From Cyanidioschyzon merolae (Eukaryota), in NCBI GenBank assembly GCA_000091205.1, contig AP006494.2: a stretch of 64,000 nucleotides of DNA; one strand, 5' to 3'. Shown one piece after another: positions 12,001-21,291 of the stretch (its first letter is position 1; every line of letters begins with the position of its first letter). Under the pieces are notes generated by a model. It saw nothing but the letters and a program-made list of their open reading frames with translations, was not told the DNA's origin and did not search any database. Position numbers and translations under genes: made by a program.

Positions 12001-13194
12001 CAGCTTCACGCTGCCGGTCGAATGCCTGTTGCCCTGCTGGTTGCCGTTGCACCCCCAGCTGCTGAAGCGGAAACCGCGCCGGAAAGCGGCGATGTAGCGC
12101 GGGCGTTCCTCCTGACGTATCTGGTGGAGCGGCAGGCAGCGAGCGATGCGCCCTGGAAACTCGTCCTGACTGAGCGCTTATCGTTTCCCGAATCCATTGG
12201 TGACCTATCTAGGGTTGGGCGGCACCTCGTGGTTGCCCACGGCAATCGTCTGGCACTCTATACGCACACGCGTTGCGGCTGGCGCCCGTTGACCGTGAGT
12301 AAGCGCGCACTTGCCTCTCCTATCGTCGCACTGACCGCTCACGAAGCACTGTGTCGTATTTTCGTCGCTAGTTTACATCACGGCATTAGTTTATTCAAGT
12401 ACTATGTACAAGAGAATCGACTTGTTCTAGTGGCTGAGGACATGCAGCGGCGCTGGATCCATCGGCTCCAGCTACTCGATGCAGATACCGTTGTTGCCGC
12501 TGACAAGTTCGGCTCCATCGCGGTGCTGCGTCTGCCGGTTGAGTCCAGTGCAGCGATTGAGGGTGATCCCAGTTACGGGCGTCTGGCTGAGCGGTACGGA
12601 GCCAGTCCCGAGTCAGCGCGTTCTTTTGTGGCGCGTCTCATGCCCGAATGCTCGGTCCATGTCGGTAGCGTGGTGACGAGTCTCCATGTTTTCGGCTACG
12701 GAGCCGCCACCGATCCAGATGCAACCCCAGCATCCGCACCCCGATCATGGACAGAAGCGGAAGCAATCCTCTACGGTACCGTGAGTGGAGGATTCGGGAT
12801 GTTGATTCCTTTTCGAACGCGAGCCGAATGGGATATTGTGCAGCGCCTCGAACGAGAGCTGCACTTGTTCTGGGCGAAATGCTGTGCACCCGGGCACACA
12901 ATGGATGCAACGCATACCCGGAACCTGCTGCACGCGTCCGTGCTGCGCTTTCAAGGAAGGATCGAACCGACACGCCATGTTGTCAACGGGCACTTGTGTG
13001 GATTATTTGCCCTCTTGGATCCTGAGACACAGCGGAGCATTGCGGCACGTGTGTTGGGTCTCCAGGAACCGTCGACACCAAGCGAAGAACAGCGAGCGCT
13101 GACGCTCCTGCTCAGCACGTTGCATCGACTGTATGCACGGGTGCTGTGGCCGCTTGGACACGAGGTTCAGGCGGCTCCGTTGCATGCGACGTAA
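8158..13194 (+). CDS. SF3B3/DDB1/CPSF160-family (Rse1-like) beta-propeller scaffold protein, highly divergent, 1678 aa
   Basis: N-terminus LALFALDLQQPSALVAATSGYFTQ resembles SF3B3 LYNLTLQRATGISFAIHGNFSG. C-terminus DADTVVAADKFGSIAVLRLP ... LYGTVSGGFGMLIPFRTRAEWD ... VVNGHLCGLF matches SF3B3 DYDTVAGADKFGNICVVRLP ... TLSGGIGILVPFTSHEDHD ... VIDGDLCEQF. The middle carries long low-complexity insertions. Confidence 0.8.
9037..9123 (+). repeat. Coding (GAY)n trinucleotide tract giving a poly-Asp run of about 27 residues inside the SF3B3-like gene
   Basis: gacgacgacgacgacgacgacgacgatgacgatgat... read directly; translated as DDNDDDDDDDDDDDDSDDDDDDDDHDDD. Confidence 0.85.
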
Positions 13195-13864
13195 TGCCGG
13201 TTTCCTAGCGATTTGCATGGACGCGGTCATGCTGGTACCGCGTCAGGCACCTGGTGCACGTCCAGTGCCCAGCATGGATGACGGGATCGCGGCAGTGAAT
13301 CCGACGAAAGCTCTTGGACGGATTTCGATGCAGCCATTCGTCTACGTCGATGGTCCGGCTACTGTCGGAGAATCGCTGGTGGAAATGTTTTGCATTTGCG
13401 CCCGGACGAACCCAGAACAGATCCCTGAACTCTTCTGATAGGCATGGAATCAACGTAATGAATACGCATTCGCTGGGAGCGACTCAAGCATCCTTGCGAA
13501 GCGCTCGGCGTCGAAGCGGGTCCTATCGATTCACGTCCGGAAATGATGCAGCAGCTGCGGTTGGGTATTCTGCGAATTACGATATTAGGCAGCGTGCTGG
13601 CTTGACAGATCCGTGTCCATGGGAACGCGTACCTCAGGTAAATCCAGCCCGCTGCGAACATCAGATACACATAAACTGGACGTGCCGCAAATCGCACAAT
13701 CCGCAAGATCACCTATTCACCCTGAGCGCCTCTAGCATACGGAAAGCACTCGTATCGTCTGGAGCTTGTAACCAACAAGCACTCCAGCAATGAGGTCCAG
13801 CGTACTGCGTCGCGATCGGATTTCGACCGGAGGCTCATTCGCAGAACTTGTCACAGAAACGTCG

Positions 13865-15463
13865 TCACCACTGATGCACCAGTCGATGTCTCTCGGAGAC
13901 AGTGACCTGGGACTTTATGTCGCCGTCCTGCTGTCGGTAAGTCGCCTCTTGTTGCTGGCGATCATTGAATCCACAGAACTCGAATCGCAGCGACTGAGGC
14001 TCTGCTTCTCGTAGAGTAGCCCATAGTTCTCGCAACTGCGGCAGCTCGTCTACGTGATAACAAGGCAGACGTTGTAGCGAGCGTTCCATTTCCTGGATTC
14101 GCTCCTGACGGGTGCGCTGGGCGAATACGCGGTTAGCAACTGGTGCCACGCTCTCCGCCGACACCGGTGTCGATGTTGGTGTATCCTGAACGACCCAAAG
14201 GCCGTTACCGTTGCCACAACCACCCGGACACGCCATGACTTCCACAAAATTCCAGTTACACCGGCCGGTATGCTTATATTGGCGAACGATGTTCTGGATG
14301 TTTCGAAAGCCGTACGCAGTTGCTACCGAGTACCTCAATTGCAGGTCGTCGTCTGCGATGACTGGCCGGAAATTCACGACGAAATCTCCCGAGCTCCGAT
14401 GCTGGTAGAGCAGCAGCTGCCGTAGGTCGGGGTTTCTTTCGCGGACAGCGGCTGGTTCGAGCACGGCGTCGCTCACCCTGTGCTTGAACACGTACTGCGC
14501 AACATAGCGAAATACTTCGACGGCGTAACCCCCGGAGAGGCCTCCAAAAGTAGCCCACCACGCGCCTCGAAACTTTGTCAAAGCCGACACCTGTTGCGAT
14601 ATACGAAGCTGGCGTCGAGCATCGTTCGGCATATGCGGCGGGGCGCGCTCCGCCAGCTCGAGCACCTCTGTCGCCGTCAGCACGAAAACGTGCTCCGAGT
14701 CCTTTGCATCTCGCTGACTCTCCAGCTTCTTGTCATAACATGGTGCGATGCTTACAGTCCAGGCATGCTCCCCGAGTTCATGACGGACCAAGAGCTGCAT
14801 CATCGCTTGTGGTGACTTTGCGGTCGCCAAACACGATACCAAATGGGGTTGTGTTTTCTCTACATAGAATGTCCATCCTGGACAAGCACTTGCAAAAAGC
14901 GGTTGCTGTGCTCCTGAACCATCGTTCTGGTCAGGTTGCAGCCGCTCGACAGCTTGAGCGCAGGTCTCCAGAACCGAGAGGCAACGCCCAACGCTATTCA
15001 GAACGACGGCGAAGGCGCCGAACTTGTCAAAGATAGTTTGGATCCTCTCAAGTACAGACTCGATTTCGGCTAGCTTCCACACCGATGCCAGCGAAGCCAC
15101 AACTGCCGGTGCGACAACGACAGCACCAAACGCGTCCGCGCTCTGGCTGCAGGCCGTCACAAAGTTGTCCACCGAGTGCGTTGCCAAGAGAACGGTTTCT
15201 GCGGAGGTAATGCAACCGCTGCAGGACAGACAGTCGGATAGCGTCACTCGAGCAACCGGTGTGTTCGTCTCGCCGTTCGCATCGTGAGCGTTGTGCGAGT
15301 AAACTGGTGCGGCAACAGAGCCGGGAGGTGGTAGCCCACCCTGGAGCGGCAGGACGCACGCCGTAGAGCTCGGGAGAAAATCGTCAAGGTCTGTAACGCG
15401 CAAGCCCGTCGAGAAGCGTGATTGTTGTGTGTCCCTGGGCATCAAAGCATCTGTCTGGTGCAC
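13865..15463 (-). CDS. NARFL: Cytosolic Fe-S cluster assembly factor Nar1/NARFL (iron-only hydrogenase-like)
   Basis: N-terminal LDDFLPSSTACVLP, CLSCSGCITSAETVLL, the H-cluster-like motif MACPGGCGNGNG, and the conserved C-terminal Trp (..HQW). Confidence 0.85.
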   Translation of the reverse strand: MHQTDALMPRDTQQSRFSTGLRVTDLDDFLPSSTACVLPLQGGLPPPGSVAAPVYSHNAHDANGETNTPVARVTLSDCLSCSGCITSAETVLLATHSVDNFVTACSQSADAFGAVVVAPAVVASLASVWKLAEIESVLERIQTIFDKFGAFAVVLNSVGRCLSVLETCAQAVERLQPDQNDGSGAQQPLFASACPGWTFYVEKTQPHLVSCLATAKSPQAMMQLLVRHELGEHAWTVSIAPCYDKKLESQRDAKDSEHVFVLTATEVLELAERAPPHMPNDARRQLRISQQVSALTKFRGAWWATFGGLSGGYAVEVFRYVAQYVFKHRVSDAVLEPAAVRERNPDLRQLLLYQHRSSGDFVVNFRPVIADDDLQLRYSVATAYGFRNIQNIVRQYKHTGRCNWNFVEVMACPGGCGNGNGLWVVQDTPTSTPVSAESVAPVANRVFAQRTRQERIQEMERSLQRLPCYHVDELPQLRELWATLREAEPQSLRFEFCGFNDRQQQEATYRQQDGDIKSQVTVSERHRLVHQW

Positions 15464-16394
15464 TCTGGTTCAGGTCTCCGGGCAAAGCGCGGTTGAGTTT
15501 CCTGTTCCAAGAAAGCGCTGCAGCACCTCGCAAGCGAAACGTGTCGATAAGAGACGGGTACGTTTCTATGCGCGCGGGCGCGGGTGCCTCTCGGAAACCG
15601 CGACAGTGCGAGGCCCCCGGACAAGCCTACCCAGCAAAGAGGACAATCATGGTAGTTGTACTCGGGAATACTGAAGCGTGAAACAGTTTATGGAAGCATT
15701 TGCACAGGGCAAGGTCGCAGCGTGAAACAGGCAATGGAGACACGCGAATAAGGTGGTCTTTCCACTCTGACAACCTCTCTGGTGTTGCACTCCCGCTGCA
15801 CAGTGTAATCGAGGATCGAAATCGCTATGCAAAGAACCACGTAGATCGTAGTCGCATTGCCTGTAGGATAGGTGTATATTCTTTGCTGAAGAATCTAAGC
15901 AAGAATGCATATTTCCCCCTGAGGTCAGAAGTACCGCATTACTGAGGTGGTCGAGGAATACTGAAAGAGAGCGCTATATGCGTTGCGCGCCAAAAACCGA
16001 TATTTTCAAAGTGAGCTTGCGGTCCATGGTAGAAATCGACCCCTTCGTTACCTTGGGGGAAGCAAACACGATTATACTAGACGGGACGGGCGTCTCGGCT
16101 TCCGAAAGGCTTGCTCCTGTGGCCCTGAGAACACTGGGATACAATCGCAAAGTCCTAGTACACTCACGGCCATCTTCTACCGAAATTGCAACGACAGCGT
16201 CCGTGGAACTCAGCGATCCGTATAGAGCACAGGGACGTCGATCCATTTTTTCAGTCGATGAGACTTGCTGCTTCCCCTGATGTCTGGCGACATCCTTCTT
16301 TTCGACAACGTGGCATTTCACCATTCCTGTTGCGTTCAAGGCCTTCCCGATTCCATCGGAGTAGAGCCGCTTTTGGCTCCTCCGCACGCTGCGA

Positions 16395-16700
16395 GGTTCA
16401 TCGTCATCGAGGGAGCGTTTCTGCTATCGGGAAACGCAACGATCCCGCCACTGGGTGAATCGCTGAGACCTTCGGCACACGGCGACACGCCGGGGCATAT
16501 CGCGTCTTTCTTGCGCAGGTCTTTCTCGATCCCAGAAGGTCCTCACCTAAGGGCATAAAGAAGCGCGTTCTTTTTAAAAAACTTTTTAAGAGATGAGCTG
16601 GAGTGCACGCCTCAGAGTGTGGAGATGGAGACAAACTAGCAGGGTGCCTCGGCGATGGAAAAGCGCGGAAACCTGACATAGTAGGAGATAGCGCACAAGG
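16395..16700 (+). repeat. Dispersed repeat copy A (about 70% identical to 52350-52650), intergenic
   Basis: Shares the exact 19-mer acctaagggcataaagaag plus alignable flanks (gatc..ccact..gaa..cgc...acgg; atgca..tgga..) with the copy near 52455. Confidence 0.5.
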
Positions 16701-17216
16701 CACGAGTTCGAGGAATCCTTGCATTCATGAGTTGAACCAGAGCCGATCATCGCATAGAGTTCGTGACGTCTGTGTCCCTGGGGTCTCGGCACCGTCCCGT
16801 CGGGTAAAACACCTTTTCCCGCTTATACGCCCTCCTATTCTTCTTCTAATTCTTCTCTTACTGGTTGGCGAGAAGTGCATTTTTTCCGTTTTTTCCACCA
16901 GCCAGCGACACCGCGCCTCCAGGATCCCCGACTTGCACACCGATACATTTCCCTTGGATTTTTCTTTCTTCAAATGCACCCGATCTGAACAAATCCCGTA
17001 TAACCCTCGGAAAAAAAGCATGTAATGCCATGCACCTAAAAGTGGAACACAATTGATGTGACTGGCTGGAACGCGTCCACCGCCGTAAGGCGTGTCACGC
17101 ATGCAGGCGTCACGTGACACGGAGCGGCGGCGGCGTCGCGGCGCACTCGCTCGCTACCACAGCGTCTTCGTCGGGATGGATACTCCTCAGCGCTGGTGCC
17201 TTGGTTGCTGTGGAAC

Positions 17217-17513
17217 ATGTCTCTTGTGTCGGAAGGGGTCGCTGTTGGCAAACAGAAGGGGCACCAAGTGACGAAACGGGTGCTCCCAGTGCGGCCTGCA
17301 CAGCGAAAGGGTCAACTGTCAAAGAGGACGCAGTTTGTGCGGGCGCTCATCAGGGAGGTTGTTGGGTTCGCGCCCTACGAGCGACGAATCATGGAGCTAT
17401 TACGGATCGGCAAAGACAAAAGGGCACTCAAGTTTGCGAAGAGACGCCTTGGTACCCAGACCAGGGCCAAGAGGAAGATCTCGGAGCTCGCAGACGCGTT
17501 ACGGAGGCGCTGA
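17217..17513 (+). CDS. RPL36: 60S ribosomal protein eL36 (RPL36)
   Basis: [13 protein letters not shown]...[51 protein letters not shown] matches eL36 throughout. The track ORF begins at 17196 (MPWLLWNM...); the internal Met at 17217 fits the eL36 N-terminus better. Confidence 0.85.
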   Translation: MSLVSEGVAVGKQKGHQVTKRVLPVRPAQRKGQLSKRTQFVRALIREVVGFAPYERRIMELLRIGKDKRALKFAKRRLGTQTRAKRKISELADALRRR

Positions 17514-17537
17514 ACGTTCACCACGGGTCGGTGCACG

Positions 17538-18941
17538 TCAAAGGCGCGTCGGCGACTCTTCCGAGGAGCTGAACTCGATCTGACGCCAGAACTTGGGCGT
17601 GGGCGGTGTGCGCGGACCTTTCGTCGTTGTTATCTTGCGTGCCCGTCTGGAGCAGCGCTGAATCTCTCTCTGCATATCTGGGGGATAACTCCCAGCAAGT
17701 GTCGTAAAGAACGCTTTGCACGACGGGCATCGACAAGTGGAATCTTCGTCAGCGGACTTGCGGGCGTTCGGTGACGTGGTAGGTGCAGCTTCGGCGCGTT
17801 GGTAAGTTGTTTGCTGCTGAGCAAGTTCACGCTTCGTGAGCTGTGCGTCCGGTCTGCCAACGTCAGCAGGCTGCGGCTGGTCCTCTGCTGGAATCGCCCT
17901 GGGCACGCGCTCCCCGCCCAGTTCAGTGAAATGCATTTGGGGTTGACGAATTCCGATTGCTCTCGTATTCGCAGTCCCTAATCTAGCTGGCGTCTGATAA
18001 GCAGTAGCGCAGAGCTGGCGCTCAGCTTGTGCAACATGCTCCAAGCATGATCTGGAGCCTGCAGACGCAGATGGAGGATCAGGAGTCGCTCTCGGCGAAC
18101 TATCTGCCATCGGAGCCACCGTAAACCATGTACTGCTTGGCGCTGCGGCTCGGAGCGATGGAAGGGGCGTGTGCTTCGAGACGTCATCACCGTGTGCGGT
18201 AAATTCTCGTAGACATTCTCCATTCATCTCGCCGAATTGCACAGAATCTATTTTGTCGCAGCACAAAGCGTCCGCATCTGGCAGGGAGCATGCCGTCACC
18301 CCGGGTACTCGATACTCACTTTCATACGTTGCCTTCAAGGGATGCACACGTCGCCGGTAACGGCCGGTGCATCCGAACGGCCGTGCTGCGCACTCCAGAG
18401 TCAAACGTTCCTCTTCCTCTTCAGTGCTGTGGCGTACTGGGTCCGCCTCAGACCGACGACATTGTGGCACCGCTGCATCCGTCGCTGCCGCAGCGGAGTC
18501 GCCACGCGTACCACTGCCAGGTGAGTCCGTGCAGGTTATCGAGTGCTGTTCTGAGCAGGCGACTGAACGACGATACTGCCGCTGGCATCCGCGAGACGCT
18601 GCGCTGTAGAGCGGATCTTCGCGCTGCTCCCTCAAAAAGAGCGTCTTTAGGGACTGCACAATAGCATATACACGCTCCAGCTTCGCTTCGATGCACCTCA
18701 ACTTGGTCGCAACCTTCCCGGACGCAATAGTCCGCATCCGTCGAGGGATACCAATCTGCCCGCACTTCCGACGATGCCTAGTAGCTCGCCCGCGCCGGCA
18801 TTCGCGTCCGCAGCATAAACGCTCAGCGTGTCTGGTGCACGTCGAGCCTCGGGCGAACGCAGTGCCCTCAGACAGGGCGTTGGGCTCCCCCGGGGCACTT
18901 TCTCGAGCAAAACCTCTCCCAGTAACCATAGCGTCTTGCAT
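17538..18941 (-). CDS. Hypothetical 467 aa ORF, low complexity, unrecognised; may be spurious
   Basis: Long ORF in a GC-rich gap between RPL36 and DTL. Arg/Cys/Ser-rich with one coiled-like segment (IEAKLERVYAIVQSLKTLF). Overlaps the 5' part of ORF 18691-21291. Confidence 0.25.
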   Translation of the reverse strand: MQDAMVTGRGFARESAPGEPNALSEGTAFARGSTCTRHAERLCCGRECRRGRATRHRRKCGQIGIPRRMRTIASGKVATKLRCIEAKLERVYAIVQSLKTLFLREQREDPLYSAASRGCQRQYRRSVACSEQHSITCTDSPGSGTRGDSAAAATDAAVPQCRRSEADPVRHSTEEEEERLTLECAARPFGCTGRYRRRVHPLKATYESEYRVPGVTACSLPDADALCCDKIDSVQFGEMNGECLREFTAHGDDVSKHTPLPSLRAAAPSSTWFTVAPMADSSPRATPDPPSASAGSRSCLEHVAQAERQLCATAYQTPARLGTANTRAIGIRQPQMHFTELGGERVPRAIPAEDQPQPADVGRPDAQLTKRELAQQQTTYQRAEAAPTTSPNARKSADEDSTCRCPSCKAFFTTLAGSYPPDMQREIQRCSRRARKITTTKGPRTPPTPKFWRQIEFSSSEESPTRL

Positions 18942-19062
18942 GAAGCCCCCGTTACTCCTTGTTTCCAGTCTGAGCTCCTGGTTTGCACCACAAAACAGAG
19001 CGTCTCGAGCACGTCTTTCACCGAGGGAAAGAAAGCGGTACTTGCGTGGACGCTTTGCCGAA

Positions 19063-21291
19063 ATGGCGCGAACGACGCAGCGGCAACGGCGTGACGCGGC
19101 GCGCTGTACGCCTCGCCACTCGGGGGTGTTTTCAGCGTCTATTCAGTCGATGAAACCGGAAATGTCCAAGTCTATCGTGCGTTTGGTGTCCGATCTAGAA
19201 CGGAACTGTAGAGCACTCGATGCTGCACAGGTGACGCAAACGCTACGGCGAAAGCGTGCACGTTCCCTCTGCCGATATGTCGCTGGCAGCGGCTACCTGC
19301 TACCTACACAGGGACTCGAGCTCGCTGAACTGGACGCTACTGCTCACACGTGGCCTGATCGGGACGAGGCGTACGAAGCACGGCGACCGTGGAGGCATCA
19401 GCTGCAACGGCAGGGGTCGGTCCTCTTTGCTGACTACATGGAGCAAGTCGGGTGGGCTCGCCTGCTCGACCAGTGTCTCTGTGGACGCAGTGCCGCCACA
19501 AGCGAGCCACTGGATGCTGAAGCGCGTGCTGTGCGGGAGCGGCGTAGAGTTCGCTGGCTCCGGAATTTGCCGCTGCAGAGCGCTGCTGAGCGGGCTGTCA
19601 GCAGTGACAGCGCGCAGCAGGCAACTGATGCAACGCTGGCGTACGCGCTTGCCTATCACCCGGGCACCGAGGTTGTTGCCGTTGGCGACCAGGGCGGTCG
19701 CGTGCGGCTGATCGACGTAGACCGTACCGTGCAGATCGCATCGGAAGAAAACGGTCCTATTGGAGTGTCCCGAGAGCGAGCTCTGTACGTGGAATCTGAG
19801 AACCTGGTTGCTTTCTGGAATAGTTGCGAGAGCAACCGGGCAGTGTTTGACGTCGCTTGGCTACCGGGGGCGACGACCAACGCATCCGGACTGGCTGCAG
19901 CTTACGCCTCAGGAGTTGTCGATATCGTGGACGTCTCCACGTGCAGCGCATTAGGTCATAAGAATCGTCAGCGAGGCTGGAATCGAGACTGGCGTTATTT
20001 TCAGGATTACGGAGGAAGCGAGGCGCCTTCGCCACCGGTACGCGTTGCACGGCTGTGCGGACACCATGGCGCAGTGCGAAGCATTGCTCCGCTCCCGGAG
20101 GATGGAGGTCGCATCATCAGCACCTGTGGACGAGACGGGAACATCTTCGTCTACGATCTGCGCAGCTGCAGGCGACTTGCGTCGAGCTCCAGTACGGCGC
20201 TTTCCGGAGATAATAAGACACGTAACGCGCTCCTTCCTGTGCGCGCTGTGCAGCTGGGGCATTTTCGGAACCCTGCGGCTCGTCGACTCGTGGAGCGGGG
20301 CGTAGCTTCCCGGGCTGATCTCCTGGCACCCTCACCTGATCGAGCGATCGCAAGCGTTGTCTGGCTTGGACCTGATCCCAGTGCGCTGTTATCGGCAGGT
20401 GCAACGGATGGATTGCTGAAGGTGTGGGATTTGCGTCAAACATGGTCGACTTGTCCGTTGCTCAGCCCTGAATTCGAAGGTGGCTCGCTCAGAGCACACA
20501 GACGCCTCGCCAAACCGGTGACAACGGTGCAGCTTGCCCCAGGTAACGGCATCGCACATGCGCACCTGCAGCACAGCTGTCGGCGCCTTGCGGTGGCCAC
20601 ACTGCGTCCAGGTGCACCCGAACGTGGCACAGTCTTCATTCTGGACCCGTTGCAGCTCGGAAATGCTCGTCTCTCGAATGGAGTTGTACAGAGCATTCAG
20701 GCACCGCTGTGGTCTCATTATACTCGGGTGCGCCCAAGTCCCGATGGTGCGTACGTTGCCTTTGGGTCCGGTTGCGACCTTATTGTTGCGGATCTGGGGA
20801 ACCTGCCCGCAGCACACTGGGAACTTCCAGCGCAAGTCGCTGGCAGCGATGCGTCGCCCGATCGAGACGATAGGTTCGTTCGCATAGCCTGCACCGGGGA
20901 GGTGACCGCCCTGGACTGGAGCTCACGCTGCGACGGACGCATCGCCAGCGTTGCCGACCTGGAGCCCGTGAAGATTACCCAGTGGACCATGGCCGCCGCC
21001 GCCGCCGCCGCCCTGCACGAGCAACGCTCCCCAAGCGTCATGTCGTACGCATCGCGAGGCGAACGTCGGTATCGAAGCCACGCTGATCGTCATGCCTCAG
21101 GCGATGCAGAACCGAGTCGATCAGGGCGAGGAGCACACGACCAAGCGTCTGAACGCGTTCGCCGTCCGATACCCTGCCAGTGTTGCGAGCAAATCGATGT
21201 GGAGCCTGAGCGATTGGTAACCAGGCTTCCATGTCCACGATGCATGCATGAACGCTTCTGCCCAGTACCAAGGGTAAGACGCTCTCGTTAG
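19063..21291 (+). CDS. DTL: CDT2/DTL (denticleless, DCAF2)-like WD40 substrate receptor
   Basis: NRAVFDVAWLPG vs human HWNAVFDLAWVPG; HHGAVRSIAP..STCGRDGNIFVYDLRS vs HQCSLKSVAF..CTGGRDGNIMVWDTRC; LLSAGATDGLLKVWDLRQ vs LVSAGAVDGIIKVWDLRK. The ORF opens at 18691, but the first Met before the propeller that avoids the - strand ORF is at 19063 (19151 is an alternative). Carries a (GCC)n poly-Ala tract near 21000. Confidence 0.8.
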   Translation: MARTTQRQRRDAARCTPRHSGVFSASIQSMKPEMSKSIVRLVSDLERNCRALDAAQVTQTLRRKRARSLCRYVAGSGYLLPTQGLELAELDATAHTWPDRDEAYEARRPWRHQLQRQGSVLFADYMEQVGWARLLDQCLCGRSAATSEPLDAEARAVRERRRVRWLRNLPLQSAAERAVSSDSAQQATDATLAYALAYHPGTEVVAVGDQGGRVRLIDVDRTVQIASEENGPIGVSRERALYVESENLVAFWNSCESNRAVFDVAWLPGATTNASGLAAAYASGVVDIVDVSTCSALGHKNRQRGWNRDWRYFQDYGGSEAPSPPVRVARLCGHHGAVRSIAPLPEDGGRIISTCGRDGNIFVYDLRSCRRLASSSSTALSGDNKTRNALLPVRAVQLGHFRNPAARRLVERGVASRADLLAPSPDRAIASVVWLGPDPSALLSAGATDGLLKVWDLRQTWSTCPLLSPEFEGGSLRAHRRLAKPVTTVQLAPGNGIAHAHLQHSCRRLAVATLRPGAPERGTVFILDPLQLGNARLSNGVVQSIQAPLWSHYTRVRPSPDGAYVAFGSGCDLIVADLGNLPAAHWELPAQVAGSDASPDRDDRFVRIACTGEVTALDWSSRCDGRIASVADLEPVKITQWTMAAAAAAALHEQRSPSVMSYASRGERRYRSHADRHASGDAEPSRSGRGAHDQASERVRRPIPCQCCEQIDVEPERLVTRLPCPRCMHERFCPVPRVRRSR

